NCBI GenBank assembly: GCA_044440125.1
Contig: JBITAJ010000027.1
Span: 96,001 to 160,000, forward strand
Source: Sedimentisphaeraceae bacterium JB056
Lineage (GTDB): Bacteria; Planctomycetota; Phycisphaerae; Sedimentisphaerales; Sedimentisphaeraceae
Length of the DNA stretch: 64,000 nucleotides
Reading direction: 5' to 3'
Shown here piece by piece: positions 17,901 through 26,416 of this stretch. The translations under genes and the position numbers were made by a program. The notes beneath the pieces are model-generated. The model saw only the letters and a program-made list of their open reading frames with translations. It was not told the DNA's origin and ran no database searches. Numbering within the stretch: the stretch's first letter is position 1; each line of letters starts with the position of its first letter.

Positions 17901-20550
17901 TAAGGATGGGTTGCTGAAATCCGCAATCGATGCCGATGGGAATGTGACATATTATGAATATGATGGTTATAGACGTCTTTCTGAAATCTCTTACCCTGAT
18001 GGTAGTTTTGTAGACTATGTCTATGATAAATGCGGCAGAGTTGTCAGAGAAACGAAACGTGACGGTTCGGTTGCCTGCTACGGCTATAATGCTCTTGGCA
18101 ATCTTATCGGTAAAGGGCTTCAAAGCGAAGGTTCAGTTCTGACTATGAATTCTGTCTTGACTGATTTCCTTTGTACAGGTGAGTGGATACCGCAGGAAGA
18201 TCCCAATTGCAGCAGTTTGAGATATACCTACTCTGTAAATGATCCTAATGCTACTTACAGTATGTATGGATTTGGGCTCAACGAGGGACGTATTGGGGTT
18301 GAGCTTAGATGGATTTCATTTGGCACAGCAAGCAGTTCTCAGGTTGAGGTGGAAATCTATGATGAGATAGGCGGTTTAGTTGACACTGTCTTCGTGGACC
18401 AGCAGTTTAACGGTGATCAATGGGTTTATCTTGGAATGTACGATTTCCTCGACCAGCCAAAGATAAAGATCAAGACTAACGGTGATCCTCGTATTGTTAC
18501 TATTGATGCAGTAAGATTTGTTCCTGCTAAAGTATTTGAATACGATGCAATGGGCAGGGTTACCAAGGCTCATGGATGTAAATTTGAATATGATCATGTT
18601 GGGCGTCTGCTTAAGAGTACCGATGGATTTGGTCGTGAAGTCGGCTATGAATATACACCAGCGGGAAGACGGAGCAAACTAATCTGGCCGGATGGTTATT
18701 ATGTTACTTATGGTTATGATGCAGCCGGTCGTCCGAGTTCAATAGTTGACAGTGACGGACGTACTCTCTGGACTTGCCTATACGATGCTACCGGGAGAAG
18801 AGAACAAACTACCGGTCTTTATGGCTTGACTTCTGTCTATGACTATGAAGATGAAGGTAACGGTGATGACGATAGAGGTCTTTACCTTAAGACTCTGTGG
18901 AATATTTTACCTGATGGAACTTCTTTGAAGTTTGATTATACTTATGATTTTGCAGGCAATAAGCTCACAGAAAGTGTTAACTCTTCTAACGTTGCCAGTT
19001 ATTTATACGATAAGAACTATGCCTTGACACAAGTAGATTATAACGGCGGGTTCGATCTTATATTTGATTATGATAATTTGTTCAACAGGATACTGATGAC
19101 AGAAGATGATTCTGTTAATTCATATACAACAAATTACACAGTAAATGTTGAAGGAACCAATGGTTATCAAACAATTGGGTCTGACAATGTGACATATGAT
19201 TCTAATGGTAACTTTGCTTCTTGCGGCACTGCGAACTACATATATGACAGCCAAAACAATCTTGTTGCATATTACCAGATGGATGGCGATCCTAATCTTA
19301 CCGCCGTATCACTTTACGGTTACGATGTGTTTGGCAGGCGTACTAACAGAGCTGTGTCACAAGGTATCGGAAGCATAAGCGGAAGTGTTGACGAAAGCTA
19401 TCTGTATGATGGTGAGCAGGCTATAGGTGAGTATACATCTGATGGTGAGCATATAAAACGCAGATTTGTTTACGGCCCAGGAATTGATGAGCCGATATGT
19501 CTTGTTGTTGAACCGGATCATAAGGGTTATTACGGATTTAAAGAGTTTTCTGATATAAATGAGTGCTGGAATACTCAAACAGGTGATTCCGGTTACAATC
19601 CTGCATATGATTACTCTCAGGACGGAAGCATTGATTTTGCGGATGTGGTCTCATTCATTGGCGACTACTATCTAACGGATAGGCCTCTTGAAGAAGTGAC
19701 AAAGCGATATGGGTATGTTTATGACGGTTCAGGAAATGTCAAAGCCTTGACATTCAGGAATGATCCGAATCAGACAGGTAATCCTTTGGAAGAAACATTC
19801 TTCTATGAAACATACAATTATGATGTTTTCGGTACTCCGTATATTTATGATGCTAATGGTATCTCCTGTTCGGATTCGCTTGTTAAGAATCCATATATGT
19901 TTACCGGGCGTCGTTATGATACCGAAAGTGGATTGTATTACTATCGAATGAGAATGTATAATCCTGAAATCGGCCGCTTCATGCAAAACGATCCTATAGG
20001 TTATTATGACGGTATGAATCTTTATCAATATTGCGGTAATAATCCCGTTAACTTTACCGATCCATGGGGTCTGAGTAAGATTGGTGATGCGGCAGCAGGC
20101 TGGGCAAGAGGTCAGGAAGGCAACAGCAAGTATGGCCGTCAGGCGCCAGAGTATATGTATAGCCAATTTATCAGGGATGCATATATGAATGCCGGAGCAC
20201 CTTTCCCTAAGAGATGGTGGAACAGAAATGGTTCGCGTTTCTGGCCGCTTTATCCATCAATGTCGCCTCCGACACCAAATGAAATGGCTGATCCTGATTA
20301 TCGTATGCCTAATTATCCGCCTGTTAACGGCAACGGCAAGAAGATAACGAGAGATGATCTTCAACCTGGTGATATAATTTCGTTTCCAGGTGAGTGCAAG
20401 GGTTATGGTGGAATATACCTTGGTAATGGCCAGATGATAAAGGCTTCGATCTTAGCGCCGGGTGCAAATCTTACAACGATACACCCGAGGGAGTGGAATC
20501 AGATATTGAGCGGAAAAGCGAGAGTCAGGCGTTACAGCCCGACACCTTAA
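14974..20550 (+). CDS. RHS/YD-repeat protein with a signal peptide, an RHS-associated core and an NlpC/P60-like C-terminal domain
   Basis: MKKYLVLILTLFFSSMLVYA signal after a GAGG RBS; DPV…FTRTY and LGRKWDHSY (DUF6531-like); YD repeats; core YMFTGRRYDTESGLYYYRMRMYNPEIGRFMQNDP…NPVNFTDPWGL. Confidence 0.92.
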   Translation: MKKYLVLILTLFFSSMLVYADGPCYYKITVDGECECNSPIVDGCPEGVTGTGIYKKYTSSEVLYPIVSDLEESWVFLQVGTMFSINTCEELIFCEGIIQNQGSYADPNFLDCESGAGSFVFDVFGYDADLDQNIPKFTVSISRLCSCEEYINALPGMGASPEDPDLPCNCDCDTDPACGTEDEIYDNQGELKPDQNDPGKPLPPINDPVMPNSGALVAPVTDFVVPGRMMDIVFTRTYRGDMDDPGFKHTFYSPGKGQKILLSSNQGLIDRPEEFDFPVTVSSFASSDSGRIEQSPLEFYSYIFMEIRESEWDLEYDCFNVDLGDPNDPNNVGVISFEDYNGGSATVTTHYCVYGTNDPNGGDPLIYFNQHPEGSLTSISTRTFDYEFSRYAGRLGRKWDHSYNISLESIFDPNDQAPEKYVLLAGNAKRLLFIQEPDTEFGESSVYRCPSNTDELLYKTEAGFQLHKKGGTIWKFNTDLRITAIEDLNGNQTTFQYSNGNLERVTNDAGNYITFYYDSLNMIDYIVDSFGRTFDYNRDVYFNLAEVLKPVNKDKRSAYTYAADNLLLTAIDGDNKVWQENIYDSEGRIVAQRYGDGYFNNIYHLNEDGQVSYVEINDRNGNQQQVHLTSTGLIRKELKMVDSQWAETLYYYDFDVNGTDEAESDCLIQKIIRPEGDIYEYEYDQWGNTTAIIHKMDEADPGLRTEYTYSNSIWGYPESVTDPAGYTIDYIYDYMEPENYVDPSGRLVGVRLPESYVSDVNDIDQLELLSAEYRFAYNEYGQVTRLTLPTGVCVDFEYYDGSGKYWLKKIIYDHGNSSGNLNITQLYDYDTFGNTTMFTDADGYTTSYTYDIMSRLTEIIDAVNYKTVLTYNRAGMVETAGSQLGSFYNQNTALASEFTYNTVDKLTKITDCLGRVTALGYDGNDNLATLTDPQGYVDGYSVNYGYNSLDLLEEITKPEDYNTAEGNDNVTTFTYYKDGLLKSAIDADGNVTYYEYDGYRRLSEISYPDGSFVDYVYDKCGRVVRETKRDGSVACYGYNALGNLIGKGLQSEGSVLTMNSVLTDFLCTGEWIPQEDPNCSSLRYTYSVNDPNATYSMYGFGLNEGRIGVELRWISFGTASSSQVEVEIYDEIGGLVDTVFVDQQFNGDQWVYLGMYDFLDQPKIKIKTNGDPRIVTIDAVRFVPAKVFEYDAMGRVTKAHGCKFEYDHVGRLLKSTDGFGREVGYEYTPAGRRSKLIWPDGYYVTYGYDAAGRPSSIVDSDGRTLWTCLYDATGRREQTTGLYGLTSVYDYEDEGNGDDDRGLYLKTLWNILPDGTSLKFDYTYDFAGNKLTESVNSSNVASYLYDKNYALTQVDYNGGFDLIFDYDNLFNRILMTEDDSVNSYTTNYTVNVEGTNGYQTIGSDNVTYDSNGNFASCGTANYIYDSQNNLVAYYQMDGDPNLTAVSLYGYDVFGRRTNRAVSQGIGSISGSVDESYLYDGEQAIGEYTSDGEHIKRRFVYGPGIDEPICLVVEPDHKGYYGFKEFSDINECWNTQTGDSGYNPAYDYSQDGSIDFADVVSFIGDYYLTDRPLEEVTKRYGYVYDGSGNVKALTFRNDPNQTGNPLEETFFYETYNYDVFGTPYIYDANGISCSDSLVKNPYMFTGRRYDTESGLYYYRMRMYNPEIGRFMQNDPIGYYDGMNLYQYCGNNPVNFTDPWGLSKIGDAAAGWARGQEGNSKYGRQAPEYMYSQFIRDAYMNAGAPFPKRWWNRNGSRFWPLYPSMSPPTPNEMADPDYRMPNYPPVNGNGKKITRDDLQPGDIISFPGECKGYGGIYLGNGQMIKASILAPGANLTTIHPREWNQILSGKARVRRYSPTP

Positions 20551-20596
20551 ACAAACTTTTGTATTACAGGATGTTAAATCGTTAAGGAAAACGAAG

Positions 20597-21064
20597 ATGA
20601 ATACTAAGAAAAAGACAATATTTTTGACAACTTTGATTGTTGTTGGGGGGGCTTTCTTTTTATTGTCTTCAACTTTGGCTGATTTTAATACGATCGAGCT
20701 TGATAGAGTCAATATAAAGGTTTATGTTGATGATATTTCTGTATCTGATGTCTATAAGATACCGCAAAGCGATTACTATTTCTTTATAGTATGGGCAGGT
20801 AAGCGACAAGAAGGGTACTATATTGATTTTGACAAGGAGATAATCTCCCTTGCAAGTGATCCTAAAGCCAAGAATATTGGTCGTGATAAGATAAAGGTAA
20901 GGGATGTTATCGGTTCAGGTTACAACACTGAATCATATCTTGTATCTTCTTTCACTGTTGAAGATAACGAAACTATAGTAAGTGTGGAAGATATGAGTGT
21001 TTCCTACAATTTTGATACCAGGCCGCTTATCTTCGGTAAGACACTGGAGTTTATATTCAACTAA
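20597..21064 (+). CDS. Small exported hypothetical protein, in the position expected for an immunity gene downstream of the RHS gene
   Basis: N-terminal signal/TM segment; starts 46 bp after the RHS stop. Confidence 0.55.
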   Translation: MNTKKKTIFLTTLIVVGGAFFLLSSTLADFNTIELDRVNIKVYVDDISVSDVYKIPQSDYYFFIVWAGKRQEGYYIDFDKEIISLASDPKAKNIGRDKIKVRDVIGSGYNTESYLVSSFTVEDNETIVSVEDMSVSYNFDTRPLIFGKTLEFIFN

Positions 21065-21178
21065 TAAATGTTGACTATAACACTCTATCTGATAAAATAT
21101 AACATATACTTAGTTTAGAACAGCCTTGTGCTGTGAGCGGTTATTATAATAATATTAATGTCATATGGGGCTAATTCA

Positions 21179-21433
21179 ATGATAAATTTACTGGGAATGT
21201 GGACGCCGGGGCCTATGGAGATGGTCGTTATATTGATTATAGCGGTTCTTCTGTTTGGCAAGCGATTGCCTGAGATAGCCAGAGGTATGGGTAAAAGTGT
21301 GACTGAGTTCAAAAAAGGGCTCAAGGATACTACTAAAGAGCTTCACAAAGATGATCTTGATATAGATTCTGATGTCAACTCTGATGTTGATGAAGATATT
21401 GAGCAAGATGAAGATAAAGACAAAAAAGAATAA
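21179..21433 (+). CDS. tatA: Twin-arginine translocase TatA/E subunit
   Basis: GPMEMVVILIIAVLLFGKRLPEIARGMGKSVTEFKKG; upstream TTGACT-16-TAAAAT at 21071-21098. Confidence 0.93.
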   Translation: MINLLGMWTPGPMEMVVILIIAVLLFGKRLPEIARGMGKSVTEFKKGLKDTTKELHKDDLDIDSDVNSDVDEDIEQDEDKDKKE

Positions 21434-21479
21434 ATAATAACCTGCTCGACTGAAAAATCAGGGTAGATTAAGAATATTT

Positions 21480-21520
21480 AAGGGTGAAGAGCTGTTTTAT
21501 ACGGCTTTTCACCCTTTTTT
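21480..21520 (+). terminator. Intrinsic terminator after tatA
   Basis: AAGGGTGAAGAGCTGT-loop-ACGGCTTTTCACCCTT followed by a T tract. Confidence 0.8.
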
Positions 21521-21747
21521 CGTTTTAATATAAGATTGCTTAAAGAACGATATGTACGACTTAAATTAATTTTGTCTCGATATTTAACTTGACAAAATCT
21601 GGAAATCTGCTAACTTTTCCCAATCCATCTTTTGTACGAAGAATTAATTTCATTCAATTTCTAAAAGGTTTGTGTATTTTGTCGGTAGAGGTACGTTCCC
21701 ATTTCGAGATGGGCTACGGGTTCATCTTCAAAATATAAAATAGAAAT

Positions 21748-22668
21748 ATGTTAGATATTACTAATTACATAAAAGAAGATCTGATAATACCAGATCTTGG
21801 CGATCTTGAGAAGAATCAGGCTCTAAGGGCGATGGTTCATCATCTCATTGAGAATCGACCAGAGTGCATAAGCGACTCGCTTACAGAGGAAGAACTTTTG
21901 CGGTCAATAATGGATCGTGAGAATGCTCAGTGTACAGGATTGGGCAACAATGTGGGTTTTCCTCATGCCAGAATACCTGAATGCGATGATTTCTGTTGTG
22001 TTATAGGATACAGTAAGCAGGGCATAAATTATGGCAGTGTTGACGGTAAGCCGTGCCATCTGATTTGTCTCATGATAAGCTGTATTGACAAACCATACAT
22101 AATACTTCAGGTTATGGCTGATCTGGCGAGAATAATATATGAGAAAGAGATAGACCTTACTAATGGCACTTTTTCGAAATCAGAGCTTCGCGACCTTATA
22201 ATAAAGAACATACAGGTGAAGAAAGGTCTCATACTTGCAAAGGATGTGATGCGTCAAGTAGATACCTATGTAAAACTTAATGATTCAGTTCAGCATGCTG
22301 CAAGGACTATGCACCTTAGCCACAAGGATATTTTACCTGTGCTTGATGATGACGACAATCTTATGGGTGAAATATCCTGTCTTGACATTTTCAGGTATGG
22401 AATACCTGATTTCTTCAATCAACTCCAGACAGTATCGTTTGTCAATCATATAGATCCTTTTGAAAAATACTTCAAGTACCAGAAAAACCTGCTTGTAAAG
22501 GATGTTTATAAAGACAAGGTGCCTGTTATAAATCAGCAGCAGACTTTGATGGAAATAATTTTCCAGATGACAGTTAAAAATCACTCGCTGATCTTCGTTA
22601 CAGATGACAAAAAGCTCGTAGGGCTGATAGACAGGTTCTCAATAATTGACAAAGTACTTTTCTTTTAG
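21748..22668 (+). CDS. PTS EIIA (Ntr/fructose-type) domain fused to a CBS pair
   Basis: RE…TGLGNNVGFPHAR with the phospho-His retained; C-terminal AKDVM…LPVLDD…GEIS and LVGLIDR CBS motifs. Confidence 0.85.
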   Translation: MLDITNYIKEDLIIPDLGDLEKNQALRAMVHHLIENRPECISDSLTEEELLRSIMDRENAQCTGLGNNVGFPHARIPECDDFCCVIGYSKQGINYGSVDGKPCHLICLMISCIDKPYIILQVMADLARIIYEKEIDLTNGTFSKSELRDLIIKNIQVKKGLILAKDVMRQVDTYVKLNDSVQHAARTMHLSHKDILPVLDDDDNLMGEISCLDIFRYGIPDFFNQLQTVSFVNHIDPFEKYFKYQKNLLVKDVYKDKVPVINQQQTLMEIIFQMTVKNHSLIFVTDDKKLVGLIDRFSIIDKVLFF

Positions 22669-22682
22669 AATAAGGTGATGAT

Positions 22683-23996
22683 ATGGATGCTTTTTTAGCA
22701 ATAACCATTTTTACTATAACTTACATAATAATTATAAGCGAGAAAATCAATAAAACAATCGCGGCGGTTATCGGCGCGGCATTAATGCTCGCATTTCGTC
22801 TGGTCAGCTTTGAAGAAGCGATAGAAAGTGTTGATTTCAACGTTATATTTCTTCTTGTAGGAATGATGACATGTGTTTTCATACTTTCAAAGACAGGCTT
22901 CTTCGAGTGGTCTGCTATCAAGATAGCTCAAAAGAGCAAAGGCAATCCTATTGTTATCCTGATAAGTCTTCTTATAGTTACAGCGGTGTTTTCGGCTTTT
23001 CTTGACAATGTGACGACTATAATCCTTCTTGTTCCGGTTACAATACTCATAACACAGCTTCTTGAACTGCCGGTATTACCGTTTGTGATACTTGAGGCTG
23101 TAGCATCCAATATAGGCGGTACATCAACGCTTATTGGCGATCCACCGAATATCATCATTGGCTCGCAGGGCGGACTGTCATTCAATGACTTTATTGTTAA
23201 TCTTGGGCCGGTGATCATTGTTGCCATGATAGCATTCTGTATCACTGTTCTGATGGTATTCAAAAAGAATTTGGTAGTGCCAGAGGATATCAAGAGGCGT
23301 GTGATTGACGCTAAGCCTCATCTTGCCATAACCGATAAGAAAAATATGATTCGCGCATTGATCGTTCTTGGTCTTGTACTTGCCGGTTTCTTCATGCACA
23401 GCATTATACATCTCGAGCCTGGAATCATTGCTCTTGCCGGCGGCATGGTGATGATGCTTGTCTGCAAGGCCGAGAGTGAAGAGGTGCTTATGAAGGTGGA
23501 ATGGGCAGTAATATTCTTCTTCATAGGCCTCTTTATGATGATTGCGGGATTAGAGAAAAATGGCGTAATAGATTACCTTGCTCACAATATGCTCAGTCTT
23601 GCGAATAATAATCTTTTTGCACTATGCATGGTCGTACTTGTAGGCAGTGCTATTCTTTCTGCGATATTAGATAACATACCTTTTGTGATCACGATGGTTC
23701 CTCTGATGAAGCTTTGCTTCGGGCCTATTGCTGATGGAATGGGTATTACCGACCCTGCTATGATACATGCTCAAATAGCTGCGCCGCTCTGGTGGTCGCT
23801 TGCTCTTGGGGCTTGTCTTGGCGGTAACGGTACTTTGATCGGTGCTTCTGCCAATGTAGTAATGTCTCAGATATGCCACAGGAATAACTACAAGGTTGGT
23901 TTTTTCCTGTTCTCAAAATATGGTGCGGCATTTATGTTTCAGTCGGTGCTGATATCGGCGGTATATCTCTGGCTGAGATATTTTGCCTTTAACTAA
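22683..23996 (+). CDS. ArsB/NhaD (IT superfamily) ion transporter
   Basis: SAFLDNVTT, SNIGGTSTLIGDPPNIII, DNIPF and GACLGGNGTLIGASANVV. Confidence 0.9.
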   Translation: MDAFLAITIFTITYIIIISEKINKTIAAVIGAALMLAFRLVSFEEAIESVDFNVIFLLVGMMTCVFILSKTGFFEWSAIKIAQKSKGNPIVILISLLIVTAVFSAFLDNVTTIILLVPVTILITQLLELPVLPFVILEAVASNIGGTSTLIGDPPNIIIGSQGGLSFNDFIVNLGPVIIVAMIAFCITVLMVFKKNLVVPEDIKRRVIDAKPHLAITDKKNMIRALIVLGLVLAGFFMHSIIHLEPGIIALAGGMVMMLVCKAESEEVLMKVEWAVIFFFIGLFMMIAGLEKNGVIDYLAHNMLSLANNNLFALCMVVLVGSAILSAILDNIPFVITMVPLMKLCFGPIADGMGITDPAMIHAQIAAPLWWSLALGACLGGNGTLIGASANVVMSQICHRNNYKVGFFLFSKYGAAFMFQSVLISAVYLWLRYFAFN

Positions 23997-24000
23997 AATG

Positions 24001-24038
24001 AAAAAGAGATAAGGTTTTGACGCCTTATCTCTTTTTTT
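24001..24038. terminator. Bidirectional intrinsic terminator
   Basis: AAAAAGAGATAAGG-loop-CCTTATCTCTTTTTTT between convergent genes. Confidence 0.85.
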
Positions 24039-24060
24039 ATCTTATTTTCAGACTGGCTGT

Positions 24061-25107
24061 TCAGTTCTCTATTGAGAATTTGTAAGCCATTTCATGCACG
24101 TACTTCTCGCCCGGTTTCAGTATTATTGATGGGAATTGCGGCTTGTTCACTGAATCTGGAGAATGCTGAGGTTCAAGGCAAAATCCATGATTCTTATTGT
24201 ATACTTTGCCGCCTTTACCGCTGAGGCTGTCAAGGAAGTTTCCTGCATAAAATTGGATAGCCGGTTCTGTTGTCCAGGTTTCCATCACGCGGCCTGTTTT
24301 AGGGCTCTTTGTTTTTGCGGCCAACTTGTACTGACCTCTTTCCTTATCGAGTATGAAGTTGTGGTCGTATCCGCCACTGACTTGATCGGCTCGTGAGCCT
24401 ATCACTTGCGGTGCAGTGAAATCCATTGGAGTGTTGGCCGTAGCGGCTATTTCTCCGGTTGGAATCAGCTTTTCGTTAACAGGTGTGTAGCCTTTTGCAT
24501 CAAGCATCATTTCCTGATCATAAATGTCGCTGTTTCCCTGGCCATTGAGGTTGAAGTAACTATGATGTGTCAGGTTGACAGGTGTGTCTTTGTCTGTCTT
24601 AGCCGTGAATGATATTTTAAGCTCATTATCATCTGTCAGCTCGTAAATAACTTCTACATTGAGATTGCCGGGATAATTTTCTTCTCCATCGGGGCTCAGG
24701 TATGAAAATTTCAGCCCTTCAGATTTGTCTGTAGTAAACGGCTCAGTTTTCCATACGACTTTATCAAATCCCTTCATGCCGCCGTGAAGATGATGAGTGT
24801 CATTCTCGTTTTTTGCCAGTTGGTATTCAATACCGTTAAGAGTGAATTTGCCATCTGCTATTCGGTTGCCTACACGTCCTATAGTAGCACCGAAGTAAGG
24901 GCTTTTTTCAATATATTCTTCGAGAGTATCAAAACCAAGCACTACATCGTCAAAGTTGCCATCTCTATCTGCTGCGGTAAGTGAGACGAGAATAGCACCA
25001 TAGTTGGTTATCTCGGCAGTCATGCCGTTCTTGTTCTTTATCGTATAAAGCAAGATATCTTTGCCGTCAATCTTGCCAAATGGTCTACTTTTTATATCGG
25101 ACATCAT
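24061..25107 (-). CDS. galM: Aldose 1-epimerase (galactose mutarotase)
   Basis: GATIGRVGNRI, HLHGG, NLTHHSYFNL, GYDHNF and GFCLEPQ. Confidence 0.93.
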   Translation of the reverse strand: MMSDIKSRPFGKIDGKDILLYTIKNKNGMTAEITNYGAILVSLTAADRDGNFDDVVLGFDTLEEYIEKSPYFGATIGRVGNRIADGKFTLNGIEYQLAKNENDTHHLHGGMKGFDKVVWKTEPFTTDKSEGLKFSYLSPDGEENYPGNLNVEVIYELTDDNELKISFTAKTDKDTPVNLTHHSYFNLNGQGNSDIYDQEMMLDAKGYTPVNEKLIPTGEIAATANTPMDFTAPQVIGSRADQVSGGYDHNFILDKERGQYKLAAKTKSPKTGRVMETWTTEPAIQFYAGNFLDSLSGKGGKVYNKNHGFCLEPQHSPDSVNKPQFPSIILKPGEKYVHEMAYKFSIEN

Positions 25108-25161
25108 TTTCTCCTTGAAAATCTAATCAACAAGTCTGTCAATTCAGTTGGGAATCTATAT

Positions 25162-25197
25162 AAGAAAACGGCGAGGTTGTCATACTGTCTCGCCGTT
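25162..25197 (-). terminator. Hairpin or weak terminator between the esterase gene and galM
   Basis: AACGGCGAG…CTCGCCGTT followed by TTCTT on the minus strand. Confidence 0.5.
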
Positions 25198-25213
25198 ATG
25201 AAAAGATCGAATA

Positions 25214-26185
25214 TTAGATAAGGCTTAGTTTATCGCATATGAATTCAAATGCGATGTCGTCTGCCCCGGGCAGGCCTTCATGGCCGTGATCAGGGTATAT
25301 TTTGCCCACTTTTGGCGATTCTATCTTGTTGTAGGCGGCAAACTGTGTTGAAGGTGGGCAGATATCATCTCTCAGTGAGAGGAATACGAGGGTTTGGCCC
25401 TTGATTCTCTTTACGAGATTTTGTATGTCGATATATGCCAATGTATTGAAGAAATCATCGATTTTTTCATGTCTTGGGTCAAAACGACGTATATATTCCT
25501 TTATCTCGGCATAAGGTTGGGTTCCAAGATCCAACTGCCATACTCTTTTATAATCGCTTAGGAATGGGAAATATGAAGCCGCACATTTGATTCTTGGCTC
25601 AAGTGACGCGCATACGAGTGTCAAAGCTCCGCCTTGTGAGCCTCCTTTTGCTGCTACACGCGACTCGTCAACATCATCCATGTCCATAACTATGCCGGCA
25701 AGCTGCGCTGTATCAAGGTATACGTTACGGAAGAAGAGCTTTTCGGGGCCATCAAGTACGCCGCGAATGATCTGTCCCATATATGTATAGCCTGTTACGC
25801 TGCCGTTGTCCTCAGAGAGCCCAGCTTGGCCGCGTACGTCCAAAGATGCCACTACGAAACCATTGGCCGCATAGGGAAGTTTGCTTGTCCAGTCGCCGCT
25901 GTGGCCCGTGTATCCGTGAAATTCGACCAATGCCGGTGCCGGTGAGGTGATTACGGCGGGTTTGAGGAGTTTGGCGTGCACTTTAGCTCCGCCTGCTCCT
26001 GTGAAGAACATATTGTAGCACTTGACTCCCGGTGCCTTGAAATCGGCTTCTACGATCCTGACTTGCGGGTCGATGGCTTTCATCTCTTCCAGAGATTTGT
26101 CCCAGAACGCATCAAAGTTGTCCGGGCATGGCGAACTGCCGTAATAGTCACGTAATTTTTCCAGCGGCATATCAACAACTGCCAT
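25214..26185 (-). CDS. Acetylxylan esterase / cephalosporin-C deacetylase (CE7)
   Basis: FHGY, RGQ, GGSQGG nucleophile, DDICPPST and GHE. Confidence 0.92.
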   Translation of the reverse strand: MAVVDMPLEKLRDYYGSSPCPDNFDAFWDKSLEEMKAIDPQVRIVEADFKAPGVKCYNMFFTGAGGAKVHAKLLKPAVITSPAPALVEFHGYTGHSGDWTSKLPYAANGFVVASLDVRGQAGLSEDNGSVTGYTYMGQIIRGVLDGPEKLFFRNVYLDTAQLAGIVMDMDDVDESRVAAKGGSQGGALTLVCASLEPRIKCAASYFPFLSDYKRVWQLDLGTQPYAEIKEYIRRFDPRHEKIDDFFNTLAYIDIQNLVKRIKGQTLVFLSLRDDICPPSTQFAAYNKIESPKVGKIYPDHGHEGLPGADDIAFEFICDKLSLI

Positions 26186-26337
26186 AATTATACTCCTGTA
26201 TTCAAAAATATGCGATTATTATAATTTTAAACAAGACCCAATTAAACTTACTTGAATATCAAAATCAAGCTATTTTTCGTATAAATAAGCCCCTATTTTG
26301 AGCATGACTGAAAATGCAGAAAAAAGTTGAGACTTTT

Positions 26338-26370
26338 TGTCACATTTTCAGATTTGTGGTGCCTTAGTTA
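26338..26370 (+). promoter_or_regulatory. Putative ECF-type (auto)promoter with a TGTCACA -35 box
   Basis: The same TGTCAC motif lies upstream of all three ECF-fusion genes. Confidence 0.5.
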
Positions 26371-26416
26371 ATAGATAACAATATACTGTTAATGTTGTGT
26401 ACTAAGAGGTGATATC

